Below are positions 19,741 through 30,029 of a stretch of DNA of 64,000 bases, in pieces. Origin of the DNA: Candidatus Woesearchaeota archaeon (GTDB taxonomy: Archaea > Nanobdellota > Nanobdellia > Pacearchaeales > GW2011-AR1); contig CAZETU010000001.1 in assembly GCA_964514585.1 (NCBI GenBank), positions 18,523-82,522 on the forward strand, given 5' to 3'. Each line of letters opens with the position of its first letter. Position 1 is the stretch's first letter. A program made the translations under genes and the position numbers. The notes under the pieces are model-generated. The model ran no database searches. It worked only from the letters and a program-made list of their open reading frames with translations, and had not been told where the DNA came from.

Positions 19741-21291
19741 TTATTTCTTAAACTTCACAAAATAAACCACAACCGCTCCAGCAAGAAGAACTACTAGAAC
19801 AAGCGGGAACCAGAACCAGAAGCTAGAACCCTTATCCAATTCATCACCCAAAGATACCTTATCATCAGCAGGGCTCACAGTATCATCATTAGTCACATCA
19901 CTTACAGCTTCATCAACCACAGTATCATTAGCAACAACCGCAGCAGCCCCTCCAGCGGCACCACCACTACCTCCACCGGGGCTAACAGGATCAACAGGAA
20001 GAACAACGGGATCGTCTACAGTCTCAACAACACCAAAGACCGAAAAACCAATTGAAGTTGGAACCACACAGGTCGTATTGTCCTCACCAAATGTACAATT
20101 AACATCCGTTAAGTTAAGCTCTTTACACCCTTGAGCAACAGAAACATTGGTAATATTATCAGGGCAGTGCATAAGTACCGCATTGTCAGGATCGTCAAGA
20201 ACCTGGGGAATGATAATTTCTACCTCGTCAACACCAAGAGTCTGCGCCATCATCTCCCAATTATCTCCGTCCATTCCAACAAAAGAATCTCCGTCAGCAC
20301 TAGTATTAACAACAAAGGCATCAGTTATATTCAAATCTTGTGCTTTAACAAAATCAACTCCCTTAAAATCAATCCCCCAAGGCAAACTTGAATTAGGATT
20401 AAAAAACTTCAAATCAACATCTCTACCCTTCGTATCATTAACTCTAAAGCCCTCTAATCCATCAATCCTATCTTCAAAGTCACCATCTCGAGCCCAATCA
20501 AACTGAACCTCCATCTTCCCCATCATCTCACTAACATTAGACCCAGTAGCCGGTAAATCAAAACCAACCCTATACTCGCTTGAATTAGTAACAGTAGTAA
20601 AATCTGTACAAGCACTAAGGGCACAGTTACCCTTCTTATCACAAAGTCTTATCTTGAAATAATAAGTCACATTGCTTTCAATCTCATAAGCCTCAGCAAC
20701 AAGATAACCACTAGTATTCTCAACCGAAAAGTCATGCCAGAAATCATAATCATCCGAAGTAAAACTATTATTCAACTTCCAATCATAAACCCTAATCGAA
20801 TTACTAACATTTGAACAATAAGAATCATTCTTGTAAAAGTCCACGCTTGCATTCGTAGGCTCATTAGTATCGACCTCAACAAAAGCGCCATCCATAAACG
20901 CATGTACCTCCATCCAAGTAATCTTAGGCGCAGTCTTATCATTCTCAGAATAAGAAGCATTACAATAATACGCATCATGGACATTAGTCGAATCACAATC
21001 ACGACCAATAGCACGATAATGAGAAGGATGTATTCGATTACATTTACCACATTTAAATTCTATTCCATCAGATATACGTTTCATTTCTTTAGAACGTTTT
21101 CGTGGATTGTTAAGATATTTTTTCTTACATATTCGACTACAAAAAACAGTCCCTATTTTATTTGATTTAGGTCTTTCAAAATCTCTCCAACATTCTGCAC
21201 ACACTACTGTTTCTTTATGATAAAAACAATATTCCTCTTCGTTCTTAATTCTTCTCATACACTTTTTATATCTTTTAATATCTTTTTTCAT
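19741..21291 (-). CDS. Chimeric ORF: ~88-aa AT-rich Zn-finger N-terminus fused to an Asn/Asp-rich surface-protein C-terminal half with TM anchor
   Basis: CAEC..F......FCSRIC and CGKC, then DKTAPKITW...VDTNEP..., Gly/Ala linker, FWFWFPLVLVVLLAG..FVKFKK; no signal peptide; codon style changes near 21030. Confidence 0.75.
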   Translation of the reverse strand: MKKDIKRYKKCMRRIKNEEEYCFYHKETVVCAECWRDFERPKSNKIGTVFCSRICKKKYLNNPRKRSKEMKRISDGIEFKCGKCNRIHPSHYRAIGRDCDSTNVHDAYYCNASYSENDKTAPKITWMEVHAFMDGAFVEVDTNEPTNASVDFYKNDSYCSNVSNSIRVYDWKLNNSFTSDDYDFWHDFSVENTSGYLVAEAYEIESNVTYYFKIRLCDKKGNCALSACTDFTTVTNSSEYRVGFDLPATGSNVSEMMGKMEVQFDWARDGDFEDRIDGLEGFRVNDTKGRDVDLKFFNPNSSLPWGIDFKGVDFVKAQDLNITDAFVVNTSADGDSFVGMDGDNWEMMAQTLGVDEVEIIIPQVLDDPDNAVLMHCPDNITNVSVAQGCKELNLTDVNCTFGEDNTTCVVPTSIGFSVFGVVETVDDPVVLPVDPVSPGGGSGGAAGGAAAVVANDTVVDEAVSDVTNDDTVSPADDKVSLGDELDKGSSFWFWFPLVLVVLLAGAVVVYFVKFKK

Positions 21292-22046
21292 TTCATTAAT
21301 ACCTCAAAATTTTCTCTATCTATAAGTTTTAATTGTATCTCGTCTAGGGTTACTTTTTTATTATCTAAATAAAATTCATCATAAATTTTCATAATTTCAA
21401 TAATATCTTTAATCTCTTTAATAAATTTATAATCTGCTAAGTGTAATGATAAATAAAGGATTGGTTTATTTTCCTCTAAGTAACTTTTCATTGTTGGTAA
21501 AACAAATCTCTCTCCCCCCTCAATATCCATCTTTATAAAATCTATTTTATCTGGGGTTTCTTCCTCTAGAAAGTCTTGAAATGTTTTTGATTGAACTGTT
21601 ACTGATTTTTTTCTTCCACTATTTTCTATTAATGAACTTGTTGAATTTCCAAATTTATCTGCGTAGAGGGGTTTTTCCCCAGCTTCTTTATTAAAACAAT
21701 ATGGATAGAGAATTATTTTGTCTTTTAGGTCTGGATTATAATTTAAATTAATTTTTAATTCTTCTATAGCTAATGTGTCTGGTTCGATAGCATAACATTT
21801 TTTTACTGTTTGTGCTGCATAAAAACTGGTTACTCCGTTCCAAGCACCAATGTCTAAAAATGTAAAGTTTGGTTCTAAATATTTATCAAATACTTTAAAA
21901 GTTTCAGTTTCCCATCTACCATCTTCTACACTTTGCCAGAACCGATTATATTTAACATTGAAACTTTTATTATTTATTATAATCTTTCTTGGCATCTTCA
22001 ATATTTTATAGAAGATTAATTTTGTGATTTCTTTTATTTTATTCAT
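21288..22046 (-). CDS. FkbM-family SAM-dependent methyltransferase
   Basis: FLDIGAWNG, YAIEPD, IDFIKMDIEGGE. Confidence 0.92.
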   Translation of the reverse strand: MNKIKEITKLIFYKILKMPRKIIINNKSFNVKYNRFWQSVEDGRWETETFKVFDKYLEPNFTFLDIGAWNGVTSFYAAQTVKKCYAIEPDTLAIEELKINLNYNPDLKDKIILYPYCFNKEAGEKPLYADKFGNSTSSLIENSGRKKSVTVQSKTFQDFLEEETPDKIDFIKMDIEGGERFVLPTMKSYLEENKPILYLSLHLADYKFIKEIKDIIEIMKIYDEFYLDNKKVTLDEIQLKLIDRENFEVLMK

Positions 22047-22063
22047 TGTGAGTATAAAGCCGC

Positions 22064-22246
22064 CTAATTTAGAAACTGCGTCTCAAATTTTCTTATTAGT
22101 TTTCTTGTTTCTTCTTGTTCTTCCTTAGTTAAACTACCAAAATTCTGCTTCGTCATAATCCACATTAGAAGTGTAGCCCTATATCTTGGAGAAGTAGCTG
22201 AATTTAGTTCTGTTATTTGTTCTGTACTCAACCAAAATTTAGCCAT
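22064..22246 (-). CDS. Small hypothetical protein within the insert
   Basis: 60-aa ORF whose ATG overlaps the premature stop of the 1554-aa gene. Confidence 0.6.
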   Translation of the reverse strand: MAKFWLSTEQITELNSATSPRYRATLLMWIMTKQNFGSLTKEEQEETRKLIRKFETQFLN

Positions 22247-25200
22247 CTTGCGACGTCTCCTGCATACAACTCGAATCCAAACAATCAGTCAAACCATTGC
22301 CATCATTGTCTTTACCATCTCCACACTGAGCACCTTTCTCAACATCAACATAACCATTTCTCAAAAAATCCGTACAGTCAGGATCCTCACTTGGAAGATA
22401 TCCATCACCATCAGAATCCGATAACCCACCACAATCTTCAAATTTAAAGTCAGCAGTATTAGGAGTATATTCTTTAGGCCCCGCGGTATCATAAGGACTA
22501 GTATCACTTCCAGTAACCGCATAGATTCTCATATCAGCCGTCTCATCAAAGTAACCATTAAGCTTTTCAATGTCCTCCTTATTAATCGCAATAACACCAC
22601 CACCAAACATATAACACATTTTCTCAGGCCAAACATTAGTCTGAATCTGCGAAGGAGACCATGTCCCATTCAAACACTTATACGCAACCTTTATTTCACT
22701 AACCTCTCCATTCGCAAGACTAGTCTCATGTTTAAACTTAAACTCAAGCCCCACAATACTCGAATTATCCGTAGCACTACACCCTCCGGTTCTAACTCCA
22801 TCAGTATCTAAATACCAATAAAATCTAGAAGACTTATTCCCAGTAAATTCGGGATCAAACTCAAAAGAATTATTGCAAAACACAGAATCCGTCATACTAA
22901 AAACAGAAGTCACAAGGCTAAATTTATCAGGACTATCTTTCAGTCCAATCTCACAAATATCTTTTGTAGCATTATCTCCCGACACACAATCTTCTCCAGC
23001 AAAATAGAAAGGTGGACTCTTATCCATATCCCCAGTCATTTGCTGCATAAATAAATCGCCACAAAAACCACCCTGGGGCATATGCGGATCTTCAACCCAA
23101 GCACAACTTGCATTAGCCAAATTACATGCCGTCACATTATCGTCATAATCCCAACATCCCTTAAACATATTAGTAGGTTCACACCAGCCCATATCTGTAG
23201 AATTCAATAACTGACAAACATTATCAGTGGAACTTCCATTAATAATCACCGAAGCATTACAAACACTCGAATTTCGACTAAAACAAATAGGATCACAAAA
23301 ACCAGGATCATTATCACACCAAGTATCATTTTCACCTTCAGGAGTAGTACACCACCAATCATCAACCCATCCACAAGCATTATCTACAGCATCACACGCA
23401 GTCTTATTATCATTATATTGATTACAAGACCAAAGCTCATGATCACACCAACCCGCAGTTCCATTCATCTCTACGCACCAATCATCCTCTGGATGCTCAA
23501 CACACCAATCATCCTCTTGCCACGCACAACCAGCCTCAGCATTACAAACACTAGCATTCTCACCCTTCTCCCAACACTGAGAACTATCCATTATCGAAAA
23601 ATTAATATCACAAATCTCTTCATCGGCTTTACCAAAATCATTCATAGTCTTATACTGACATCCAATCTCTAAACCACACGCAGTCGCATTATCGTCCTGA
23701 GTCCAACACTGCGCACCCGGCATATCACACCATTCATTACCCCAATTATCCGCAACCCAAGTACAATTATACCCAGCATGCTTACTCTCATTCAAGCAAG
23801 TTTCATTATCCGGGATAGACATACAGTCCGAACCAAAAACATTAGAGCCTCCACAGAAAGCATTAAACATACACTCAGGATCAGCGCAATCATAGAAATT
23901 ATCATTATCATTATCTACCCCATCAAAACAAACCTCAAAGGACTCTCCATTCTCTCCAGTTCCCGAAGGTTGACAAAAGTACGAATCCGTATCCCAACTA
24001 CATCCAACGCTACTAGCTTGACAATTCTGCTGATCCCAACACATAAAACAATCATTATCACAAGTCTTCACATTCTTGTCATCACACCAACCATAATCAT
24101 CATCCCAAGGATCCGTAAACCACTTACATCCAGCCGCACTATCCCCACACAAATCGCTATCCCAACACTCCCAACAATTACCATCACAATTACCTTGCTT
24201 ATTAAAATCCATATCGCACCAGCCAAAACCATTAAACGCATTACCATCTTCTCGATAAACACATCCAGACTTCGATTGTTCACAAGCTCCTCTCGAAGCA
24301 TTACCAGTAGACCAGAAAGACCCATTATTCTGTTGCTCACAAGCCCAACAAGCATCATTACAAGACTGCGTACCAAACCCAATCTTAGTCTCACACCAAT
24401 TGTCCCAATAAACATTACCACTCTCATCAATCCACTTTTCTTCTTTCCAATTTCCACCACTAGCCTCACAATTAGCCTTAGAGCCAATATCATTCATATC
24501 AAATTCTCCTGCATCTCCCCCAAACATATTATCCCCAGCAAAACTACATTCTTCCGTAGAATTGTCCCATTCACAAGGCATATACCAAGGATCCCCAGCA
24601 ATTTCATCGCAAAGAGTTTCACTATATTTAGAATTGTAATCTTCACAAAACATTGCCCCTACTGGAGGCTCCTTTAAATCATGACAAGTCGAAACCATTG
24701 GAGCATCTTGACATCCAGTTCCATTCCATTGACAACAAGTTGAAAGCATCGGAATATTATTACACATTACAGAATCATTTATATCGGTACACTGAACCCC
24801 CTGATTATCATTTGCCCCATCATCTATACAGGCACCAGCAGTCCAATTACAACTAGTCACATTATCACATTTCGTTTGTCCAGCCTGATCAAAAACCCAA
24901 CAACCAGGATTCCAAAAAGTCTGAGTTTGAAAACCTATAGGCTCGTTACAAACAGTTCCATTCCAAGTACAATAACCAGTTCCAAAACAAGCAAACTCAT
25001 TATCCTGATCAACACAAGCCTTTATCTGCTCATAACAATGAGTCCCATCGTCCCAAGTACAATCCATCCCAAAATCAGCAGTTACATTCTCACAAGCAGT
25101 TTCATTGGTATCGTCATAACTCCAACAGCCTTGCTGTTCACACCAACCAGTCACATCATCATTCCACTTACAATTCAATCCATTTAGAGTTTTATTCAAA

Positions 25201-26903
25201 CAATCCGTCTCGCCAGCACCAGTATAATCCCAACATCCCTTCTCGAAACAATGACTGCTGCCATCCCAGTAACATCCAGCCTTCGCCTCACAATAAGTAT
25301 CATTCGTCCAATCTCGAGACCAACATCCATTTTCGTCGCACTTTCCTCCATCGCCCCAACTATTATTAATCCAACTACAATCTTGCCCATAAGAAACCAT
25401 CGCATTTCCACACTCGCTCTCATTCGAAAGGTCCCAACATCTCTTCTCATAACAATAATTATAATCATCATTCCAAAAACAACTATCATTTTGATTTGCT
25501 AAACAAGTACTACTGTCCCAATAATCCCAACATCCCTTCTCTTGACATTCAGCACCTGTACTATTCTTCCACTCACAAGGCAACCCAAGACCAACTGCAC
25601 TATTACAATCCGTCTCAAAAGAATAATCCCAGCAAGATCCACCACTAGAACCGCCACCACCAAAAATCATATTACACCATCCAGCCTCGGTTCCATTGAT
25701 TAAAGCACCCCATGAATCTGGACTCCAAGAACAAGGCCACTGACTCTGCTCAATAGCATCCTTACAAGCATCCTTATTCCCATCATGCAACCAACAATCA
25801 AAATCTCCGCCAAAATCAAAACCACCTAAAGGATTACAAAAACCATGATCACTTCCCTCGCTATCATAACACCAATCACCCACAATACAATCAGGCTTAG
25901 AAAACCAAACACACTCCTCAGTCATAGTACTACATCCACTCTTATTCCCATCAAACCCAAAACAAGGAGAAAACCCTTCAAACCCCTTATCAAAAAAGAA
26001 AGGATCACACATCCCAGGATCATTTTCACAACCGGTTGCATTTGGATTATCCTTACAATACCAATCCTCTTCCCAAACACAAATACTCCCACCATAAGCA
26101 GATTCACAAGTCGTAATATTCCCCCCGCTAAAAGAATCATATTGAAAACAATCGACTATACATTCACTAGACATCCCTTCCCATGTACAATTAGCATGAG
26201 CCTCACAGGTAGCAGAATCTTCAATATTACACCCAAAAGTTTTCTGGGAAAAAGGCATAAACATACATTCTGGCTCCGGACTCATATCATCCCACATGCA
26301 ATAACCGCCACCAGTATTCTGACAATTATCACTATTATTATAATCTTCACAGCTAGGTCCACATCTATCAAACATTTTATCATCCCAAGTACAGCCCTCT
26401 ACATCATCACAAGTAGTAATATTAGCATAAGCATCACAAGAAGATTTAACCTCGACAAGAACATCCTTCATAGTCTCTCCGCTCCCATTAATAGCTATAA
26501 CTCTAAACCCCTGAAAACCAGATAACAATCCCGTCGCATTAAATAAAAAATGGTTAACAGAACTTCCATTAATCACATACCCAGTTAAATTAGTCCAATT
26601 CAAAAAAACAAACCCGCCAATCGTAGAATTAGAAAACTCGGAAACAGAATCTGTATCATTAGTACCATAAACAAAATCAAAAACCTCAAAGCTCACAACA
26701 ACCTTGCTAATGTTCGCCTCGCTACCAGCATTAGAATTATTAACCGTCAAATTATATTGTACACTAATATCTTCAGTAGCAATTGACGGCGTCAAAGTAA
26801 ATTCAATATCAGCACTAACAACCGACGACAAAGACACAAACAAGACAGCAATCAAAATAAAATTACACACAGATTTCATCACCATCTTAATACTTGTCAA
26901 CAC
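22239..26903 (-). CDS. Giant Cys/Trp/Asp-rich secreted repeat protein, probably truncated at the 3' end
   Basis: Signal peptide, many GCWxY...C....C.W....C repeats, two CxDGxDNDxxxxxDCxDxxC motifs; stops abruptly after the second with no anchor. Confidence 0.85.
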   Translation of the reverse strand: MLTSIKMVMKSVCNFILIAVLFVSLSSVVSADIEFTLTPSIATEDISVQYNLTVNNSNAGSEANISKVVVSFEVFDFVYGTNDTDSVSEFSNSTIGGFVFLNWTNLTGYVINGSSVNHFLFNATGLLSGFQGFRVIAINGSGETMKDVLVEVKSSCDAYANITTCDDVEGCTWDDKMFDRCGPSCEDYNNSDNCQNTGGGYCMWDDMSPEPECMFMPFSQKTFGCNIEDSATCEAHANCTWEGMSSECIVDCFQYDSFSGGNITTCESAYGGSICVWEEDWYCKDNPNATGCENDPGMCDPFFFDKGFEGFSPCFGFDGNKSGCSTMTEECVWFSKPDCIVGDWCYDSEGSDHGFCNPLGGFDFGGDFDCWLHDGNKDACKDAIEQSQWPCSWSPDSWGALINGTEAGWCNMIFGGGGSSGGSCWDYSFETDCNSAVGLGLPCEWKNSTGAECQEKGCWDYWDSSTCLANQNDSCFWNDDYNYCYEKRCWDLSNESECGNAMVSYGQDCSWINNSWGDGGKCDENGCWSRDWTNDTYCEAKAGCYWDGSSHCFEKGCWDYTGAGETDCLNKTLNGLNCKWNDDVTGWCEQQGCWSYDDTNETACENVTADFGMDCTWDDGTHCYEQIKACVDQDNEFACFGTGYCTWNGTVCNEPIGFQTQTFWNPGCWVFDQAGQTKCDNVTSCNWTAGACIDDGANDNQGVQCTDINDSVMCNNIPMLSTCCQWNGTGCQDAPMVSTCHDLKEPPVGAMFCEDYNSKYSETLCDEIAGDPWYMPCEWDNSTEECSFAGDNMFGGDAGEFDMNDIGSKANCEASGGNWKEEKWIDESGNVYWDNWCETKIGFGTQSCNDACWACEQQNNGSFWSTGNASRGACEQSKSGCVYREDGNAFNGFGWCDMDFNKQGNCDGNCWECWDSDLCGDSAAGCKWFTDPWDDDYGWCDDKNVKTCDNDCFMCWDQQNCQASSVGCSWDTDSYFCQPSGTGENGESFEVCFDGVDNDNDNFYDCADPECMFNAFCGGSNVFGSDCMSIPDNETCLNESKHAGYNCTWVADNWGNEWCDMPGAQCWTQDDNATACGLEIGCQYKTMNDFGKADEEICDINFSIMDSSQCWEKGENASVCNAEAGCAWQEDDWCVEHPEDDWCVEMNGTAGWCDHELWSCNQYNDNKTACDAVDNACGWVDDWWCTTPEGENDTWCDNDPGFCDPICFSRNSSVCNASVIINGSSTDNVCQLLNSTDMGWCEPTNMFKGCWDYDDNVTACNLANASCAWVEDPHMPQGGFCGDLFMQQMTGDMDKSPPFYFAGEDCVSGDNATKDICEIGLKDSPDKFSLVTSVFSMTDSVFCNNSFEFDPEFTGNKSSRFYWYLDTDGVRTGGCSATDNSSIVGLEFKFKHETSLANGEVSEIKVAYKCLNGTWSPSQIQTNVWPEKMCYMFGGGVIAINKEDIEKLNGYFDETADMRIYAVTGSDTSPYDTAGPKEYTPNTADFKFEDCGGLSDSDGDGYLPSEDPDCTDFLRNGYVDVEKGAQCGDGKDNDGNGLTDCLDSSCMQETSQDG

Positions 26904-26951
26904 TGTTTCCTATTTAAAGATTTGCAAAACAATATTGATAACAATAAAAAA

Positions 26952-29900
26952 TCAACAAATACCACATGGATCATAATCCGTAGCTCTCTGATTAGGATAA
27001 TCTCCACATCTAGAAATCAATTGACCAACGGTAGAACCCTGCCAACTACATCTAACCGTCACACCGTCACAATCATAATGCCCATTTGAATAAAGATCAA
27101 GATGATTATCCATCGTCCAAGTACATCCATAATCATCCCTATAAGTATTCCACATGTTTGAAGAAAACCCGCTCCAAGTCGACCACCATCCCCGATCAAT
27201 CCCCCCACTGCCAGTAATTTCTATATACCTATCCTCATAATCAAACAATGCATCATGATTCCATGAATCCTTCACCCCCATAATATGGGCTGCAAGAACA
27301 TAACCCATAAAGTTATTAGCAGTACAACATTTCCTATAAAAAGTTTCCCACCATTTATTATTTCTGTCAGGTTTAGTTGAATGTCTTATTCCCCATTCAG
27401 GAAGACCCAAATCAGCAGAAGAATATTCAATTACTTGTGAATCTCTTGAATCAGGATCATGAGGATTTATTGAAATATCAAAATCAGCAACATAATGAGT
27501 CTGGTCATCTTCGGCAAAATGAATATAATCACTAGGCCAATTGCCAGGCCCATGACCATCACTATACAAATAATCTCCTGACTTAACACCAATATTTTTC
27601 ATATCATAGTCATTCAAAACAAGACCTGAAAATAAAATAGGCCATTTTCTTCCTTGACCATGACCCCCATCATTCATCCAATTCCATGTTCCTCCTGCTT
27701 CAAGAACAGAATATAAATCTATTCCCAACTGGACATATCTAATCATTAATGTTTCTTTTTCAGAATCAGTATAATCAAGTTGAAGCATCAAAGCACCATC
27801 ACCAACTTCTTTTGAAATCTCTCTACCATAATCTTTCATATTCCCCGTTGGATGTTGAAATCTTGCACTCCACCCACCTTTATGATCTATCCATGGCCTT
27901 TCAAACATTCTTTCAACTGTTGAAATATCAGGAGTTCCCGAAACAGGAGTTAGTTTCCCAAGTTTTGAATAATCTAAATTGGCCTTATTAAACTTAATTA
28001 CTTTTATTGTATCACTATAACCTGGTCTAAAACTTCCCTCTGGAGGAATCGAATCAAGAACTGTCAAAATCGCTGCATCTTTAAGTTGAGGTCTTACTCT
28101 TGATTCATCTCGACTTATTGTAGAAACAAGGGAAGAATGAGTATCTAAAACCAAAGGATTTGACACACTAACACCATAAGCAACATTTAAAGAAGAATCA
28201 TAAATATTAGAATCCATCTTATTATCATACCCCTGAGTCTTCAAACTCGGACCAGGATTAACCATTGCCCCATTCTTTATCCTGCCACCCACATCAACTG
28301 AAGAAGGACTAATACCAACAATCTTCACAGGACCCCTCACCCAATAATCACCATTAGCAAAAGTACCATATTCATACTCCTTATCAAACGTCCATGTTAT
28401 CCCAAATTGAGAAATCGAAAGACCTCTTTTAACAATTGTCCCAACACATACCCCATTTGTACAACTCTCACCACTAGCACAACTACCACAACTCACAGAC
28501 TCTCCACAATTATTAACCCTAGACCCACAAGTCCAAGTACCACAAGTTACCACCGACGACTCAAGAACACATGCGACCTCACCCGATTTCTGAACATCAT
28601 AAATATTCTGGACCTCATCCGACGATAAAACTCTATCATAAACTATCACATCGTCAATCATCCCGTTAAAATATCTATTCATATACTTCTTATACATCCC
28701 CACCCTCAATGTGTCAGCATTATACTGATAATCTCCGGCACCCTGAGTTGACCTAACAAACACTCCATTAACATACATAGAAACTTCAGTTGAAGCAGAC
28801 CCATCAGTATCATAAATACCAACAACATGATTCCATTGATTAGGGTCAACATCTGCATAGCCAGAAACAGCATGGGTCCCAGCAAGATAAGAAGAAACAT
28901 AACCCTCCGTCCCAGATTCAGTCAAAGTAAGCAAATTCTGAGCATTACTATCCCCTCCCAAAATTGTCACAATACCCTGCAAAGAATTAGCAGAATTAAC
29001 ACCCTTAGAATAAACCCAAGCAGAAAAACTAACATCCCCAACCTGAGACGCCGCCCTCACAAATGAAGCCGAAACATAATCCCCATTACCATCCAAACTC
29101 AAGACATTTCCTCTCTCGGAATCACTAACAACTTTGGCATCACCCGACATAGCCCCGTCATAATTCCCCGCCTCATCACTAGCATCACCCTCAAACTTAT
29201 AATAAGCAACATAATCAGAAGAAAGCAAATTAAGCACGACACAAACCCCATCTTCACAAGAACCACTAACACAAACAACTCCATTCACTCTATCCAAACA
29301 ACCGTCGCCCCCAAGAGAACAAGAATAAGGAGTATTACTTTCACAAAAACTACCAACAGAAGAACACCCAGAATCATTTAAACATGTCACTGGCGACCCA
29401 GCAATATTATTCCCAGAGCTAGAACTGCCCCCAGAGCTAGAACTGCCCCCAGAGCTAGAACTGCCCCCAGAGCTAGAACTGCCCCCAGAACCAACATTAT
29501 TAACAATTAACGGCTCAACAACAGGCTCAACAAACCCTCCAAAAGGAACAACCTTCCCCAACCTAGTTTTCGTAATTTTATCATTTTTCACTTCACTAAC
29601 AACCACCCCTTTATTTCCACCCCAATAAATCGGAACCAACCTAATATAGTTTAACTCCCCATTATAGCCACTCAAATTAAGATAATATGTCTTCTTAGAA
29701 TTAGCTGCCAAATCACCCTCGATATGATGATCAACAGTCACCCCCCCTATATCAAATGACAAAGCAAATCCCGCAATCGTCACATCATCAGACCCCCTAC
29801 TAACCTGAACCTCAGTCAACCGACTTTCACTGTCCCAAGAAGTCACTCCGCCATTCACAACGATTTCTATATCTACATCCTGCTCAAGAATATTAGAATC

Positions 29901-29999
29901 AGAATCATAAACAAAAAAAGTCACAACTGCAACACTAGCCAATAAAACAATCAATATTACAGAACCAATAACAGATACTCCTCCTTCAACCATAAACAT
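26952..29999 (-). CDS. Pilin-leader-like surface protein: shared N-domain, (GGSSSS)4 linker, LamG, unrelated ~480-aa C-terminal domain (putative polysaccharide-lyase-like)
   Basis: MVEGG/VSVIGSVILIVLL; GGVTSWDSESRLTEVQVSRGSDD N-domain; LamG; C-domain SISQFGITWTF...DYWV.GPV...NDGGHGQGRKWPILF. Confidence 0.83.
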   Translation of the reverse strand: MFMVEGGVSVIGSVILIVLLASVAVVTFFVYDSDSNILEQDVDIEIVVNGGVTSWDSESRLTEVQVSRGSDDVTIAGFALSFDIGGVTVDHHIEGDLAANSKKTYYLNLSGYNGELNYIRLVPIYWGGNKGVVVSEVKNDKITKTRLGKVVPFGGFVEPVVEPLIVNNVGSGGSSSSGGSSSSGGSSSSGGSSSSGNNIAGSPVTCLNDSGCSSVGSFCESNTPYSCSLGGDGCLDRVNGVVCVSGSCEDGVCVVLNLLSSDYVAYYKFEGDASDEAGNYDGAMSGDAKVVSDSERGNVLSLDGNGDYVSASFVRAASQVGDVSFSAWVYSKGVNSANSLQGIVTILGGDSNAQNLLTLTESGTEGYVSSYLAGTHAVSGYADVDPNQWNHVVGIYDTDGSASTEVSMYVNGVFVRSTQGAGDYQYNADTLRVGMYKKYMNRYFNGMIDDVIVYDRVLSSDEVQNIYDVQKSGEVACVLESSVVTCGTWTCGSRVNNCGESVSCGSCASGESCTNGVCVGTIVKRGLSISQFGITWTFDKEYEYGTFANGDYWVRGPVKIVGISPSSVDVGGRIKNGAMVNPGPSLKTQGYDNKMDSNIYDSSLNVAYGVSVSNPLVLDTHSSLVSTISRDESRVRPQLKDAAILTVLDSIPPEGSFRPGYSDTIKVIKFNKANLDYSKLGKLTPVSGTPDISTVERMFERPWIDHKGGWSARFQHPTGNMKDYGREISKEVGDGALMLQLDYTDSEKETLMIRYVQLGIDLYSVLEAGGTWNWMNDGGHGQGRKWPILFSGLVLNDYDMKNIGVKSGDYLYSDGHGPGNWPSDYIHFAEDDQTHYVADFDISINPHDPDSRDSQVIEYSSADLGLPEWGIRHSTKPDRNNKWWETFYRKCCTANNFMGYVLAAHIMGVKDSWNHDALFDYEDRYIEITGSGGIDRGWWSTWSGFSSNMWNTYRDDYGCTWTMDNHLDLYSNGHYDCDGVTVRCSWQGSTVGQLISRCGDYPNQRATDYDPCGIC
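29412..29483. repeat. 18-bp tandem repeat x4 encoding a GGSSSS linker
   Basis: CCCAGAGCTAGAACTGCC four perfect copies. Confidence 0.95.
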
Positions 30000-30029
30000 T
30001 CCAATAAAAACTAATTAATAAAACTAACC

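Larger units (their letters stand above)
21030..22250 (-). mobile_element. Putative ~1.2 kb foreign (phage-like) insertion; boundaries approximate
   Basis: Abrupt loss of the A/C strand bias and higher AT content; three closely packed ORFs; flanked by two halves of a surface-protein gene; no TSD, TIR or recombinase seen. Confidence 0.5.

Noticed and set aside
20988-22277. TCGAATC at 20988 and 22271 as a target-site duplication of the insert
   Set aside because: Both are in-frame Asp-Ser codons in an Asp/Ser-rich protein and lie outside the compositional boundaries; likely chance.
23227-26976. Long + strand ORFs (e.g. 23778..24677, 25845..26525; similarly 46170..46958, 47655..48125, 32111..32548)
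   Set aside because: Shadow frames antisense to well-supported genes; the T/G-poor + strand has few stop codons and yields Ile/Pro/Thr-rich nonsense.
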